Origin: Neolecta irregularis DAH-3
Taxonomy: Eukaryota
Direction: 5' to 3'
Length of the DNA stretch: 63,199 bases
NCBI GenBank assembly: GCA_001929475.1
Contig: LXFE01000411.1
Location: forward strand, 1-63,199
The position numbers and the translations under genes are program-made. Positions 25,391 through 39,416 of the stretch are shown here, in pieces; position 1 is the stretch's first letter; each line of letters starts with the position of its first letter. Under the pieces are notes generated by a model. That model was given only the letters and a program-made list of their open reading frames with translations. It was not told where the DNA came from and searched no databases.

Positions 25391-27102
25391 ATGCCTACGA
25401 CTACTACCTATCTCAAAGATCATCCTCCTCCTCGCAAACAAGACGGTCAGCTGTACTCCTTAAAAAGCTACTGCTATCGTCACAACCCTAAGTTCAACAA
25501 TGCCTTGGTGCGCCAGGAAAGCATGAACAATCTTCAAAAGGTACCTTTCTTTTTGCGTGGATGTTTCCCACAAGACAGAGCCTTGAAGAATTGCCACCGT
25601 CAGATCAGGAGGCGATTTCAAATATATGGGCCATGTTCGCTTCTTCCCCACCAGTCCAACGTCGCGTTATCCTACAGGGTCTTCTCGCTCAATGCTGCTT
25701 TCCTCAGCTATCGTTCATATCATCTGTAGCGAACGATATGATGCGTATCGATATACTGTCTGCACTACCCAATGAAATTTGTTTCAGAATACTTATTTAT
25801 CTCGATGCCGCATCGTTATGTAGAGCCGCCCAAGTCTCAAACCATTGGAAAAAACTAGCCGACGATGAAACAGTCTGGAAGACCTTATGTCGGCAACATA
25901 TCGATCGCAAATGTACAAAGTGCGGATGGGGATTACCTCTTCTCGAACGAAATCGATTACGCGCTGCCACAAAGCAGCGCAGTCCCCAAAGCCCTCATAT
26001 TGGGGAAGATCTTGCTTTCAGTAGGGAAATTCCATCGCTGGCAGGTTCAAAGAGATCCGTCTCAGAAGGTCCCGGCGAAGTCGCTCAATGCACGATAAAG
26101 CAACCTTGCCTTACAGTTCCTTGGAAACATGTCTATTCGGAAAGATGTAAAATTGAACAAAATTGGCGTAGAGGGAGATATGAAACCAAAATTTTAAAGG
26201 GCCATACAAAAGCTATCATGTGTCTACAGTTTGACGACAATACCCTGATTACTGGATCGTTCGATCGTACAATACGTGTATGGAATGTGAAGACAGGAGT
26301 ACTACTTCGTACTCTTAAAGGTCACGATGGACCAGTATCTTGTTTGGGTTTCGACGATGAAAAGCTATTTTCAGGCGGCTTAGACGGTTCGGTCCGACTA
26401 TGGGACTATCGAAGTGGACGGTGCAGAAAGACATTGCCTCGTTTCGCCGATGGAGTATCTTGTCTTCATTTTGAAGAATCGATATTAGCAACTGGATTTG
26501 CGGATGGAACTGTTCGAATATGGAATTTTATTACACAGTCTCTTGATGCCCTCATCTGTCATGCGGATTTTATCACTTGCGTTCGAGTGAAATCTAAACC
26601 AAAGGTTCTCTTTAGCGCTAGTCATGATACAACCGTAAAGCTTTGGAGCCTCGAAACACATAGTTGCATCAGAGCCTTTCTTGGACATATCGGACAGGTT
26701 CAGTCGCTTGTTTTACACTCATTTCCAGCGTTCGAGATCGAAGATAATGAGTCTGATTATACCACCGACTCCGTTGTTTCCTCCGAAACGCTTCCCAAAC
26801 ATCTTCTCACATCATCTATGGATAATACTATTCGTTTGTGGAACGTTGACACAGGCCAGTGCAAAACAACTCTTTTCGGTCATGTTGAAGGTGTTTGGGA
26901 TATTGCAGCAGACAACTTTCGACTGGTCTCTTGTTCCAACGATTGCCTTGTCAAAGTCTGGGATCTTTATAAAGGGAAGTGTGAACATACATTGGCGGGT
27001 CATTCTGGTCCGGTTACTTGCGTCGGATTAGGCGATGCCATGGTTGTCAGTGCTGGTGAGGACGGCGATGTTAGGATTTGGGACTTCGGAATTTCTCGGT
27101 GA
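25391..27102 (+). CDS. MET30: F-box/WD40 sulfur-metabolite repression protein (Met30/SconB/Pof1)
   Basis: Diagnostic YCYRHNP, AISNIWAMF..RRVILQGLLAQCCFPQLS, F-box LPNEICFRILIYLDAASLCRAAQVS, CRQHIDRKCTKCGWGLPLL and WD40 repeats including LFGHVEGVW. Confidence 0.93.
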
Positions 27103-27341
27103 TCATGGTCAGTTTCCATCAGTCGGTTTGGCCTCTTTCATTTGCGAAGGTATTTGTATTATTGAGTTGGTTGCACTCTTGAGCTAGAAATTGCTTCGCT
27201 AACGTCCATATCGAATATAGATCCTGAAACATAATAGGTTAATTTTATTTCTTGTATAACTTTTATGAGAATTTAGAAGGTGTAATTCTTAGTGTCACCG
27301 TAACTGACAGCGAATACAAATCCCCATTCAACTACACCTAC

Positions 27342-28148
27342 ATGTCGCATTTTCCAGATATCGACGCGTTCGACGCTGGCGATATTACAGTCGGCCATCC
27401 AAGAGTAGGCGAATCTCCCTCAGTTGATGACTTCCTTGCGAGAGAGCAGGCGTTCTTGGGATCCGATGCGGAGATGTTCCATAAACCAGCCCATTTTGAT
27501 TCAAGTGCAGTTAATCAGAACTTTGAGTCATCTTTTCCTGATACACATGAGGTCTATTGCATAGATTGAAAAATGTATTAAATAATATAGATGAACGAGG
27601 TGGGAGGAATCATCTCGTCGTCAACTGCACCGTATATTCCTGGTCAGCAATCATCTCCTTTTGCAACAAAAGACCAACCAGATCAAAATGAAACCGAAGA
27701 AATAGAGCCTGAAGTAATCAGGTGTGCCATCTGTGTCTAGCAAGACGGCGCTGATTGAGTCAGAGAATGGCGGGAGCGTCAAGCTCTTCAAATTCTGACA
27801 AGAGACGAGTCATCCGAAGCCAAAATTAAGAAAGAAATCGAAGCTGCACATCAAGCAATCGATGATTTTTACGAGAATTATAATGCAAAAAAGGATAGGG
27901 CAATCGAACAAACTCGGTATCCTACTTATCTTGGAACTCTAGGCCGTTTCTAACATCCCATCAGGAAGGAGGAGGCAGACACCACATCCCAGAATGAATC
28001 TCAAGGTCACGGTGGTTCGACCTGGGAACAAATCATCAGGTTGATCGACACCAGCGACAAAGCCACACGAGGTATAAACAGCACATCTCGTTTCAGAGAT
28101 GTTCTATTGAGTTTGTCAAAGGATCCTGAGGCTCTAAGAAGAGTGTGA
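27342..28148 (+). CDS. CLC1: Clathrin light chain
   Basis: MSHFPDIDAF, DDFLAREQAFLG, EPEVIREWRERQ, AIDDFYENYN, GGSTWEQI..LID and SRFRDVLLSL across short introns. Confidence 0.93.
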
Positions 28149-28658
28149 TGTTGGTATTTTGGGTCACTTCTTGCCAGTAATTCATTCAACTTGAACTTTC
28201 GTATTAAGGTCCTCGTGATTTACTAGAAACGTCCAAATGCAGTTTTTTCATAATTATTAATCCTTAAGCTCAACGCCGATTTAAGCGACACCCCCCTTTA
28301 CGCGACACCACCGTTTTTTTGAAAGTTGCATCTGAACAAAATAAAAGGGCTTACAAATATTTCTTTTTAATCTTATCATGATGCTTCATTCTTGGCCTTC
28401 AATTGCCTCAGAGCACCCTCACACTGATTACAGAACGAAGCTTCATGCACTTCGGAAAACGCTCATCAGTCGCTGATCCTTTTACTCATGAGAACTGATT
28501 TATACACAGGGAACTCCTGCCTATATTCAAATTTAAGTTACTGGAAACTCAAGTTACCCAGACATGTGCCTTTTTTAGAGTAGATACATAAAAGATGGAG
28601 AACTACAACTGTACAAGACAGATCGGCCAACAAATATCTCAGTCCGAGATTAATAGGA

Positions 28659-31090
28659 TTACAAAGGAACCTTTGTGACGAAGTCCTCTTCCTCAGTCCT
28701 CGATCTATGCTCTTCCTCGTCTTCTTCCTCTTCTAGATGTTTCTTAGGGGCTCGCTTGATTGTATCGAGATCAAACCCGTGTAATTGCCATTCCATCAAT
28801 CTCACAAAAGCTCCCTTACTTATCATCAATTGAGAATAGGTACCTTCTTCCTCAACACAACCATTGCTTCCAAGGACTACAATTCGGTCTGCGCGTCTAA
28901 TTGTCGCGAGTCTATGAGCAATAGAAATTGTTGTCATTTTCTCGTCTTTCATCAACATTTGGAGAGTTTCGTTAACTAAATTCTCCGACGTCGCATCTAA
29001 CGCCGAGGTAGCTGGAGTTTAGACTTGCTAAACAATAAGACCAATACCCTCGTCCAGGATTAGAATGTCTGGATTTCGAATCAAAGCACGAGCAATCGCA
29101 ATTCTCTGTTTTTGTCCTCCACTCAGTTGAGTGCCGCGACTTCCGACTCTGGTTTCCAGTCCATCCGGAAAATCAGCAATAAATCCACAATTAGCTCTTC
29201 GCGCTGCTTGTAGGATTTCTGCTCGAGAGGCGAGAAGACTCCCGTATGAAATATTTTCAGCAATTGTTCCGTGGAACAAAACGGGTTCTTGGGCAACAAC
29301 GCCGATTCTCCGGCGAAACTGTTTCAAATTTAATTCTGCTATGTCTTTTTTGTTGAGGGTTATCTTTCCTGAAGCAGGTACATAGAAGCGAAGCAATAGA
29401 GCAGCTAAACTTTAGTGGTTTTCGAGTGAAAAAAGAGGAATACTTATTGTACTCTTCCCGCCACCAGATGGACCTTGATATATCAGAAATGTTTTGTCAA
29501 TCCTACATACCAACGACAGCCACGTTCGAACCAGGGTTGATAGAAAATGATAGCCCATCAAATATCTTGACTGCAGGCCGAGTCGGATATGCAAATGACA
29601 CTAGACAATCAGATGATTTCAAAGCAAACCAGGATGCCATTCTCGAAAGAAAGTGTCCCTCGCGCACTTGAAACAGGACTTCCCACTTTGGTCAGAGATT
29701 AATGTTCTGAGTGGAAAAGAATACCAGTTGGAATGATACTAGGTCTTCTGTCCTGAAGTTCAAATAATCTCGAACTAGCTCCAGTGGCTTTCATAATATC
29801 TGTGTAGAAAGATGAGAGACCAATCATCGAACTTCCAGCATATGCAGTATATAAAAGAAAGCTGCTCAATTCACCAATTGTAATTGATCCGCCCGAGACC
29901 ATTGCTCCTCCTACGGCTAGAATTGTAAGGATTGTCGCATTTCCCGCAAGGCCAGTCTAATGGTTAAACAGATTCTAACCAGAGATAGAAACAGTGGAGA
30001 AAAAGGCACCACTTGCAAAAGCTTCTTTCTTAGCTAAATTGAATAAATTTCGTATCCGATCGTTATATCTTTTGACTTCTTGAATTTCGCCTGAATAACT
30101 TTGTAAAGTCTTCACATTTCCCAGTTTTTCTTCGGAAAGTTTTGTGAGATCACCCAGACCTTGCTGGGTCCTTTTGGAAAGCTTCTTGACATATCGACCG
30201 TAGAAGATAGCACCGATCGCGATAGGCGGAACGATACACATCATTATTCCCGTTAGTTTAACACTAACCCAAGCCATCATTGCAATTCCAGCAGATGCAC
30301 TCACAAGGGCTCGTAGTCCATCCGCAACGCCCTGCGTCAGTGACTTTCCAACTATTGTGGTGTCCGAAGATAAGCGAGAAATCAGGTCGCCATGTCTGTT
30401 TGCATCAAAAAACTCGGCATCTTGAACCATGGTGTTTCGGTACAATTTTGAGCGAAGTTTAGCGACGATCCGCTCTCCCGTTGTACGTAAAAGCACTACT
30501 CGAACAAAGTTTGAAAGTGCTGACAATGTAAACAGTCCCGCTAATCCGAAATAAAATTGATATGTCGAGAATCCCATTATTGTTGAATCATTACTGGTTG
30601 CGAAGTCTATAATTTTTCCGATAGATGCAGGTATTGTCATTTGAATTCCTGAAGAGAGACACAATAATATAAATGCTATCGATAAATCCCTAGCTTCTGG
30701 CTTCGCCAATTTTAATAAACGAACAACCGAGGCTGTATCTGCCGCTCCGTCAACATGCTTTCCTAACTTTGCAGAGAGATCGATTGTAGCAGCTTTTGCT
30801 GCTCGCTCTGTGGGTTCGAACTGATCTACTGTGATCTTTGAGGATTTCCTGAGTGTTGAAGATACAACTTTATTTAGATCGGCAAATCGAGGTCTCGTAG
30901 GATGAAAGAAGCGGTTTGCAGAGAAGGTTGATTTGGTATCATATGATCGAGGCCCAGCCTTTGAGCTTTTTGTGGTGAAAAAATTTGAATTACCGGTGTA
31001 GTGCCTGCGGAATGTAATCGGAAGAACGATACGTGATGCAAGATATGGTTGATTCCAAGATGATGACCGTAGGCGGATTGCGCCCAACAT
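28659..31090 (-). CDS. MDL1: Mitochondrial ABC half-transporter (ABCB10/Mdl1)
   Basis: Basic presequence, ABC transmembrane domain (GERIVAKLR..GDLISRLSSDT), Walker A GPSGGGKST, signature LSGGQKQRIAIARA, ILILDE and IAHRL. Confidence 0.93.
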
Positions 31091-31204
31091 GGGCCTTTGG
31101 CGTAATACAAACTCTCAATGAGCAGACACCTTTGTCAAAGGTCTAATCGTGTTAAATTGCAAGAGGTGATTATGAGTTCTGCTGCAAAGTGTTGTGAACT
31201 TCCC

Positions 31205-31218
31205 TGACGTCTTGACGT
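31205..31218. promoter_or_regulatory. Tandem CRE-like (TGACGT) sites in the MDL1-CDC37 divergent promoter
   Basis: tgacgtcttgacgt within a 196 bp intergenic region. Confidence 0.4.
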
Positions 31219-31286
31219 TTAGACTTCACCCCAAAAATCTCGTCCTCCACTTTCACTCTCCTCCTTGCAAGAAATTACGACCAGGA

Positions 31287-32899
31287 ATGGACAACTTTGG
31301 CTATAGCAAATGGGATCATCTTGAACTGAGCGACGATAGGCATGTTTCGTTATATTCCTTATTCTAACCCTCCTAAGTGACTTCGAAGGTATTCAGCTAG
31401 ATCTCAGTTTCAACCTGATAGTCAAGCCCATCCAAATGTTGATAAGAAATCTTTCATTCGATGGAAACAACGTGATATACACGAGAAACGGGCCGAGCGT
31501 AAACGCAGACGAGAACATCTTCACAAAGAAAGTGATATGAATGAACAACTCTTGGCGTATATTAACAGGTTGATCAACCAACTCAAAAATATGCGAGAAG
31601 CAAGACCTGAAGAAGTTGTCGCTGATGTTATACATGGGTTGCCGAAAGAGCCTGTGGAAGCCAATGTTCCGTCATATGCGCATTTGATGGATTCCTTATT
31701 TGGACAAGTCAAAGAAGCAGTCAAAACTAAAAATGAAGACGGCGACAAGACAGAGCTATACATCAAAGAGATCAAGAGTCATGTTGAGCGGTTGGAAACT
31801 CGACAGACCGAGATTTCAGCAGAGCTAGGTACGATGGCTGTTGAAGATTCAAAGAAGATCACATCGGATGATCTCACGGTCGTATATGACAGTACCGTAT
31901 ATACGTTTTCCTAACCACTCACTCATAAATAGATGGTTAACAAGGGAAATACAAAGCCTGCTTTGTCTAAACCTACGGAAAAGAAATCTGTTAAGACCGT
32001 TGAAGTTTTAAACCCCGAGGTGCCCGCGAAAAATGGACAACTGAAAAATACTTCCTCCGGAACCCAGGTTGACTCGGAAGACGAACTCGAAGAACAAGAA
32101 GAAACATCTATCGAACCTTCGGAAGCTGCTAAACAATTTGGAATGTTGAAGTTGGGAGACTTCGCTGAGGCTAAAAGATTTCTCGCAAGCCATCCGGAAC
32201 TCTTTGAGGATGAAGTTGAATCAGATGGACTTCTTATTGAAGCCTTCCGAGCAGAAATGAAAGGTCATTGCGAATATGCTCGCCAGTGCGTCGATCGAGC
32301 TCAACTACTTTCCTTTTGTCGGAAATTGGGTCCTGATGGTGTAAATCTGTTTTTTCAAAAGTAATTTCCCATCATTGCACGGGTGACTAAACGATAGAAT
32401 CACAACACCCGGACATCAAGCATTAAAAGTTTTCGTCAATGATGTCAATAGTACCTACGCCAGGATAAAGGAACGAGCTGCTGTGATCGCTGCCGAACCA
32501 GACGAAGGGCCCGCCGGCGTCGAGCAAATTCAATTGCAGGCAGTCGATCCAAATACACACATCAGTATATTGGTTCCTCGGGAAAACTCAGACGTTCCTG
32601 CCGAGCGAGAATCTCGAACGATATTTGAATGCTTCCCACCAAGTCTGCAAAGAGCTCTCCAAACTGGCGAATTGGGAGAGGTTAACAAAGTTCTCGGGAA
32701 GATGAATGTTGATGAGGCGGAAGAGATTGTCGAGAAGCTAAGCCGAGGTGGAATGCTTAGTATCGAGGAAGGAATCTTGGATGCAACCCAGGAAGGATTT
32801 GAACTGCCCGACCATCTGAGGCCAAAGCAACAGCAAGTATCCAAGAATAGAGACAAACCTGAGAAACAGGAGGTAATTGCCGTAGACGACGTCGATTGA
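31287..32899 (+). CDS. CDC37: Hsp90 kinase co-chaperone Cdc37
   Basis: YSKWDHLELSDDSDFEAHPNVDKKSFIRWKQRDIHEKR, assembled via a GC-AG intron (31340-31377) and an 11-nt exon (31378-31388). Also LGPDGVNLFF, EQIQLQAVDP and VNKVLGKMNVDEAE. Confidence 0.96.
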
Positions 32900-33106
32900 T
32901 ATGGGCCCACAGCTGGTTTAAGTATATATAATTCAGGCTCATAGCTCTCCGAAAACATACAATATGGACCCTAGGCGAATTGAGTGTATAATTCAGCGTA
33001 ATAGCCCTCAGGAAACATTGCACATTTCAATTGAACTACTCTCAAAGATAAACTACCCTGGCTTCAATATCAAACACGGGGAACATCATTGGACCGTTAA
33101 AACACT

Positions 33107-33771
<665 letters not shown>

Positions 33772-34406
33772 TATTGTAGTGGGTTAGAGGGAGGCCGGCG
33801 ACAGGTTTTGGGCAGGACTCTTCAACCGGACCTTAGTTGACCCTTATCCAAATATTAAACAGATGATAGGTCTCACTAATCACCTCTACACCAATTGTGC
33901 ATGAAATTGGAGCAAGTATAATCCCGGTTAAAACTACTTCGAACAAACCTTATGCGTAGTTCAAATTAATCACTAGAGTTCTCAAATTATTTACCTGTGA
34001 TTGAAGCTCAAATGGCCGACCAGACACACAGTCTTGCCGAAACGAGTATTTACATTATCCGAAAAAGGGACGAATAGACCTCAATGCTATAGACATCCCT
34101 TAAACTGCAGTGCTAGTTAGAGTTCAACACGAAATGAAGAATTACCAAATTGCGTTAGGGTTGCTAAAATTGCATGTTTTCGATCCCCAAAGGCACAAAC
34201 ACCGACTGTACTCAGGAGCTTGGGTGAACGGAGGTCTAAAGCCCAGTTGAAAATAGGCTTTCTTGGAATGTTAGGTATGATACCTCTAGCTTCTCTTACA
34301 ACAGAAACCTAGAAGCCAAAATTCTTCAGGTTCTTCATTTCAATGCACACAAACCTACAAACACAATTCATTTATTAGTTCACTACCAAGCTCTTCCTTT
34401 GAAATC

Positions 34407-36472
34407 TTAATCTAAATTTTCTACCCATTCGACAGATTTTGTAATATCTCGCCCATGCTCAATATCATCAATGCTTTCCTTGGCGAATGAAACCAAAGCC
34501 TTTACAACAAAACGGCTGTCAGTGCTATATCCTATCTTTATGGGCTTTAAATATCTATACGACTCTTTGTAACGACGTAAGATTGCAGAATTAATGATTT
34601 TTTCCAAAGTTAGACTCGAGAACTGCGATCCTGATTTTATGAAATGATGAACAAGCTTAGCGACATTCTTGGGCAAATCGTGTCTCTGGCGTGAAGCTAG
34701 AAGGGATGATATCGTCGAGGCTGTTACCGACTTTATGCTACTGCCTTTTTTGTCCAACAAATTCCATGCAAGCTCCGGCGACTTTGTGTACGCGTACGCT
34801 TGAATCAAAGCCTCCAAAACCGGCGGTGATGATAATACTTGCTCTGGAGAATTTCGTTGGACCATCGCTATGAGATTGCTATTGTTTCCACGACCAGCCG
34901 CCCTCAAAAATTCGATCAGGGTTCTCTTGTCGCTCTTGTCGATCTGAGGATATAGGAATTTCTCCATAAATGCCATTTGTTGATATCGGATATAGCTTCG
35001 TTTGTTCCCGATGACAGCTCCTTCAAATATTTCACCATCTATCCCATTCTTCGGCAATAACTTCAATATTCTCCTTATTTCCGCGTTGGTGAGTTTCAAA
35101 CCTTGTTCGAAAAGTTGCTCAAGCAACTGAATTGCACCGATAGTATTCCGAAATTTAATACAGCCAGTGATCGAACTCGCCAAAACGTCTCGATGAACTT
35201 TCTTAGCGGGGAAGGCTGTGAGTATGTGGTTCACTGCAGATAAGGGCAACGTTGATCCGATCAATTTATTTTGCGGGTTAATTCTATATATGCGGAAGCC
35301 AACTTCTGTGCTTGCACTTACCAAACTCGATTGAACCGTGGGAGTAAACTGACCTCGGATGTATGGTATCTTCAATAGTTCCCATAGGGCCCGAATGTGT
35401 CTCAAATCGGTAGCATTTGCAGCACACAATCGAATAGTCTCAGAGTTGATTCGATTTACGTGCACGAGTTTAAAGATCTTTATATATCTTATCGCATGAT
35501 GCCAAAGAATTTCTGAATATTGTTCCCGTTGTCCGGGAGGCCAAGTAGCAGGGGGAATTTTACCAAACGGACGCCGAAACTCACGACATCGCTTTCTTAA
35601 TTGGTTTGCTTCAGCTTCCAAGATCTTATTGAGAGTGAAAATCGAAGGTATTGCATTCATTGTATGAAAGAAAGCCAGTCCACTTTCAATGAAATCGAAG
35701 TCTCCTTGCGACGCCCAACATGCGAGCATGTGACTGAACACATTGACAGGCAAAGACTCTTCTGAGAATCTTTCCATATAAATCTTACGTACTAAAAATA
35801 ATTAGAAGGTCATTGCGGGCGAGTGAGATGTACATTTGAGACTACGAGGCCCAGAGATAATAATCTTTTCCTTCATGGCGGATATGTATAAACAATTGAT
35901 CAGTGATGCAGCATCTTGTGCAGATATTTCTACCTCTGTATCACTGAAGACCTTTCTAATAATTTTCAGGGCTAGTTCTAAATCCTTCCGGTGCATGACA
36001 TTTCGGATCGTAACTCGGAAAATCCCACTGTTACAATTATGTAAACGATAGAAGTTGACAAAGATCTCCATGAATCTGTCCATGGTTAAATTTTTAGAAG
36101 ACTCTAAAAAGATTCCCAAAGCTTTGTAAATCTTCTTGTCAATAGGTTGTTGACTTGTATATTACATACCATAGCGGTGTGCTCTTGTGAAATATTAGGT
36201 CTTATTCCCCTCTTCAGAGGTGACTGATGCTCTTCATATAGTCTCTGCATAAAATAGTATTTTCTCTTCGGAAAATTAAACAGTTGTTGTATATCGTGTT
36301 GATATGGTTCTCTTCCAAAAAGAGGGTGGGACTCTTTTCCACTGCGAAACTTCAACGATATAGATTTCTTATTCTCCGGCTGGAGAGAAGGCGGATTTGC
36401 TGTATTTGTGACTTCTGGTGTGAAACTTTTCCTCAGACTCGAGGATGTGAAAAATCGACATGTCAGGCGCAT
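34407..36472 (-). CDS. Mitochondrial alpha-solenoid protein with degenerate PPR-like repeats (possible mitochondrial translation/mRNA factor)
   Basis: Presequence MRLTCRFFTSSSLRKS. PPR-like helices VNVFSHMLACWASQGDF, IPSIFTLNKILEA, GAIQLLEQLFEQGLK and VLEALIQAYAYTKSPELAWNLL. Two introns inferred. Confidence 0.6.
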
Positions 36473-36558
36473 GAGGTTGAATTTGGACACGACAAACTTA
36501 AGACAAACTTTTTTTTAGAGGTGGCGATTCTCCAGAAACTCATGAGCTGAAACATTCA

Positions 36559-37549
36559 ATGACAAGCCTTCTAGTAATCGGTGGTTCGGGATTCCTGGGT
36601 ACGGGCGATTCTTGAAAATTGCGATAAATCAATTTCAGGGCAACAGATATGCCGAATCGCTGTTTCTCGGGGCATGAATGTCACTTCGCTGAGGTAGTTC
36701 CAACATATTGTGCCCAATGCATATTGATATGCAAGCCCACATGGAATGCCAAACTTTGGAAATAAACAGCCGCTGTGGGCGACGGAAGTCCGTTGGACTA
36801 CTGGCGATGTTTTTGAGCCTCTTTCGTATACAAATCAGCTAATAGACGCTACAACAGTTGTTCATACCGTTGGAATTTTACTTGAAGCAGATTGAATCAG
36901 TCATAACAATTCCAATGCTGACGTCTTAGACTATAAAAGATTCATGTCTATCAAGGAGAGCCCATTGGCTACAATATCACGAATTGGTATCCATTGTCTA
37001 GGCATTGACCGAAATCCGTTGGCCTCGGAAAGCGAAAAGCCCAAAACTAGGCAGTACGAGTATATGAACAAGAAAGCTGGTATATTGGGGTTTCTGGTGT
37101 AGTTTGATAACATGCAGCCATCACAGTTGCTGAAGCAGCATCGAAACTTCCCAACATTCATACCTTCATCATGATCTCTGCGGCCGGGTCATTTCCTGGG
37201 ATTCCGGAACGATATATCACAACCAAACGAGAAGCGGAGGAATATATTGCAAACATAAAATCATTCCGTTCCGTATTCATGAGACCTGGATTCATGTATT
37301 CACCCTCTCGACCGATCAGCGTGCCGTTATCCATGATTATGGGCGCTATATCAGGCTTAACTGGCGGTAAAGCGCCATTCATTGGAGCTGCTGGGATAAA
37401 GCCATTGCTTGTGGACCATGTTGCAGCAGGTATACATCAAAATAACAACTAACTGATACCAAGCAACCATTGAGGCTGCTCTAACAAGTACTGTTTCTGG
37501 AGCAGTTGAAGTCTCTGGAATTGAAAATTTGGCATCTCGACTAACATGA
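36559..37549 (+). CDS. COQ11: Mitochondrial atypical SDR / NAD(P)-binding Rossmann protein (Coq11-like)
   Basis: Spliced MTSLLVIGGSGFLGQQICRIAVSRGMNVTSLS, VVHTVGILLEADYK, NPL, YEYMN, ISAA..IPERYITTKREAEE and MRPGFMY. Confidence 0.85.
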
Positions 37550-37591
37550 ATCCTTTAATATTGAAGGTAATGCTCCTCATCCAAGATTATT

Positions 37592-39131
37592 CTATGCAAA
37601 CAATCGAAGACAAGCCATCTCCGGTTTCATTTTCTCTATCTCTATCTTTTCAACCTCGACCTTCTTCCCAAATAAACTTGAAAATAGTTCATCAGTTTGT
37701 CCATCATGCCATAGTCCGCTAGGTGTTGGCGCCATAAAATTCAGCAATTTTTCGTGCACATGGTAACGTAGTTTTCTCCCTTTCGAAGCTTTCGTATCGA
37801 CGGCTACATTCTTCTCCTTCTTGATTAGATTTGCGTTGATATCAGATGAATCAAGCATCTTTCTGTCAATCAAGTCTTTCAACAGTGATTGGTAGAAATC
37901 AGTATCGTCGAATGTAGAAATATGTTTTTCCATACTATCTATTTTGGTTCGTTTCACTCTAGTCCGTTGGATAAGCCGGTCGTTATCCGTCAAATTTTCG
38001 CGAATCTGGGAGAGAGAATCCTGGTTTAATGATTTGAACTTATTGATTGATGGAGGTGCGTTAGCTACAACTTTGCGTGACCACTTAGATAAAGTGTGTT
38101 CTTTCCAGGAGGCATGTCTAGGCAATGAGGTTAATCATTGGTATAAAGGGAATTACTCTTGGCTTGAATGTTCAATTGCCTCCCATATCTCTTTACTTGT
38201 AACATCATGTGAATTCGCTCGAAGACGTTTCAGAGAAGGCTTCAGTCCCTGTTCTTCAAGCGCATTTGACAAATGACGATCTCGAATATCGAATATCGAA
38301 TTAATCAGAGAGACTGTACTTGTTTCGACTGCGGTAATATGAGAAGCATCGCTCAATTCCCGGCCCATCTTTGAAAAGTTAGATTCTCTCTTGATTTTTG
38401 GGAATATACCTGAACAAAATTATCTGAAGCAACAAGAGCTTTTTGAAGTTTTATCCGTACATCGAGAAGTGAATTATAAAAAGCCTTCGATGTCATCCAA
38501 GATAGTGCACTCTGCCCTATACCATTTGCGATTTGATTTGCTTGCCTTTCTCGCAATCATCTACCACTTGTTCTTGAATTTTCTGATCATTAGCTCTATC
38601 GCTTTGAGTGCTAGGAATATAAGAGAAGCAAACTCTTTATCTTGCGCTAAGAGCTTTTGATACTCTTTCTTCCGGGTATCGTCTCCCGAAGCTTCATCAC
38701 TGTCTGTTTCAGAAGAGTCTCCATCATCGTTTGCAATAGAATCTGTCATCTGCTCCAAGGTCTTTCTATCATCAGAGTCATCAGACTCTGATATGCCTTC
38801 CGATCCCGAGGCTATCTTCTCGATATCTCCGTATATGTTATGGCGACTTGCACGAGTGCCCTGGTAAGTTGCGTCGTCGCCTAAGAGATCATCCGCGTCT
38901 GTTCTCATTTGGCTCTGACTATTTCATTAGCTTGAAAAAACATCTATATACCTAACATCTGCATAGTGCTCCCGACCTATTTCGAAATCCTGAGAGCTAT
39001 CATTGTCCTCGCTGTCCGAACATGCAAATGGACCAGCTTCGGGGTCGACTTCTGAATTCCTAAGTTTGTAGACCATGCACGAAACTCATACCCGGCTTGG
39101 GATTTGTAAGATCGAGGAAGCAGGAAGACAT
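37592..39131 (-). CDS. BFR2: SSU processome / rRNA processing protein Bfr2 (AATF)
   Basis: REHY motif, acidic tract, YNSLLDVRIKLQKAL and TRAUB domain FDDTDFYQSLLKDLID..VDTKASKGRKLRYHVHEKLLNFMAP..DELFSSLFG. Confidence 0.95.
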
Positions 39132-39188
39132 TTTCTAATCGAGCAGACCGATATTGAGAAGGGCGTTGAGAAAAAATACGCCTCTTGC

Positions 39189-39306
39189 TTATATAAGCAC
39201 ACCAGACAACGGCCAACTTGAGGCAGACAAGCAATTGATTCAGGGCGCATTATATTGGTTGAAGACCAGAAATCAGCTGAGATTAGATACACGGTCAATT
39301 CAACCT
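39189..39306 (-). ncRNA. Candidate box H/ACA snoRNA
   Basis: Minus strand reads: hairpin (ggttgaa/ttcaacc, gacc/ggtc, aatc/gatt), then ATATAA (ANANNA H box), then hairpin (gcgcc/ggtgt, caat/gttg, gcttg/caagt), then ATA. The pocket-to-H-box distance is 15 nt. Confidence 0.45.
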
Positions 39307-39416
39307 ATTCGCGATCTTTTTGAAGCAGATAGAGCTGAGCTACTCCTGCTCAACATGCAAATCGCGTGCCTTGACATACAAAACAGAACAAAAAACAAAA
39401 AACACCCTGAAGAATA

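Noticed and set aside
28408-28469. Minus-strand CTGATGA...CTGA (C/D snoRNA or hammerhead core)
   Set aside because: No GAAA or stem II for a hammerhead, no rRNA-complementary guide recognised, and a weak terminal stem.
34012-34320. Possible small spliced gene between calmodulin and the PPR-like gene
   Set aside because: Could not build a consistent exon chain or recognise any motif.
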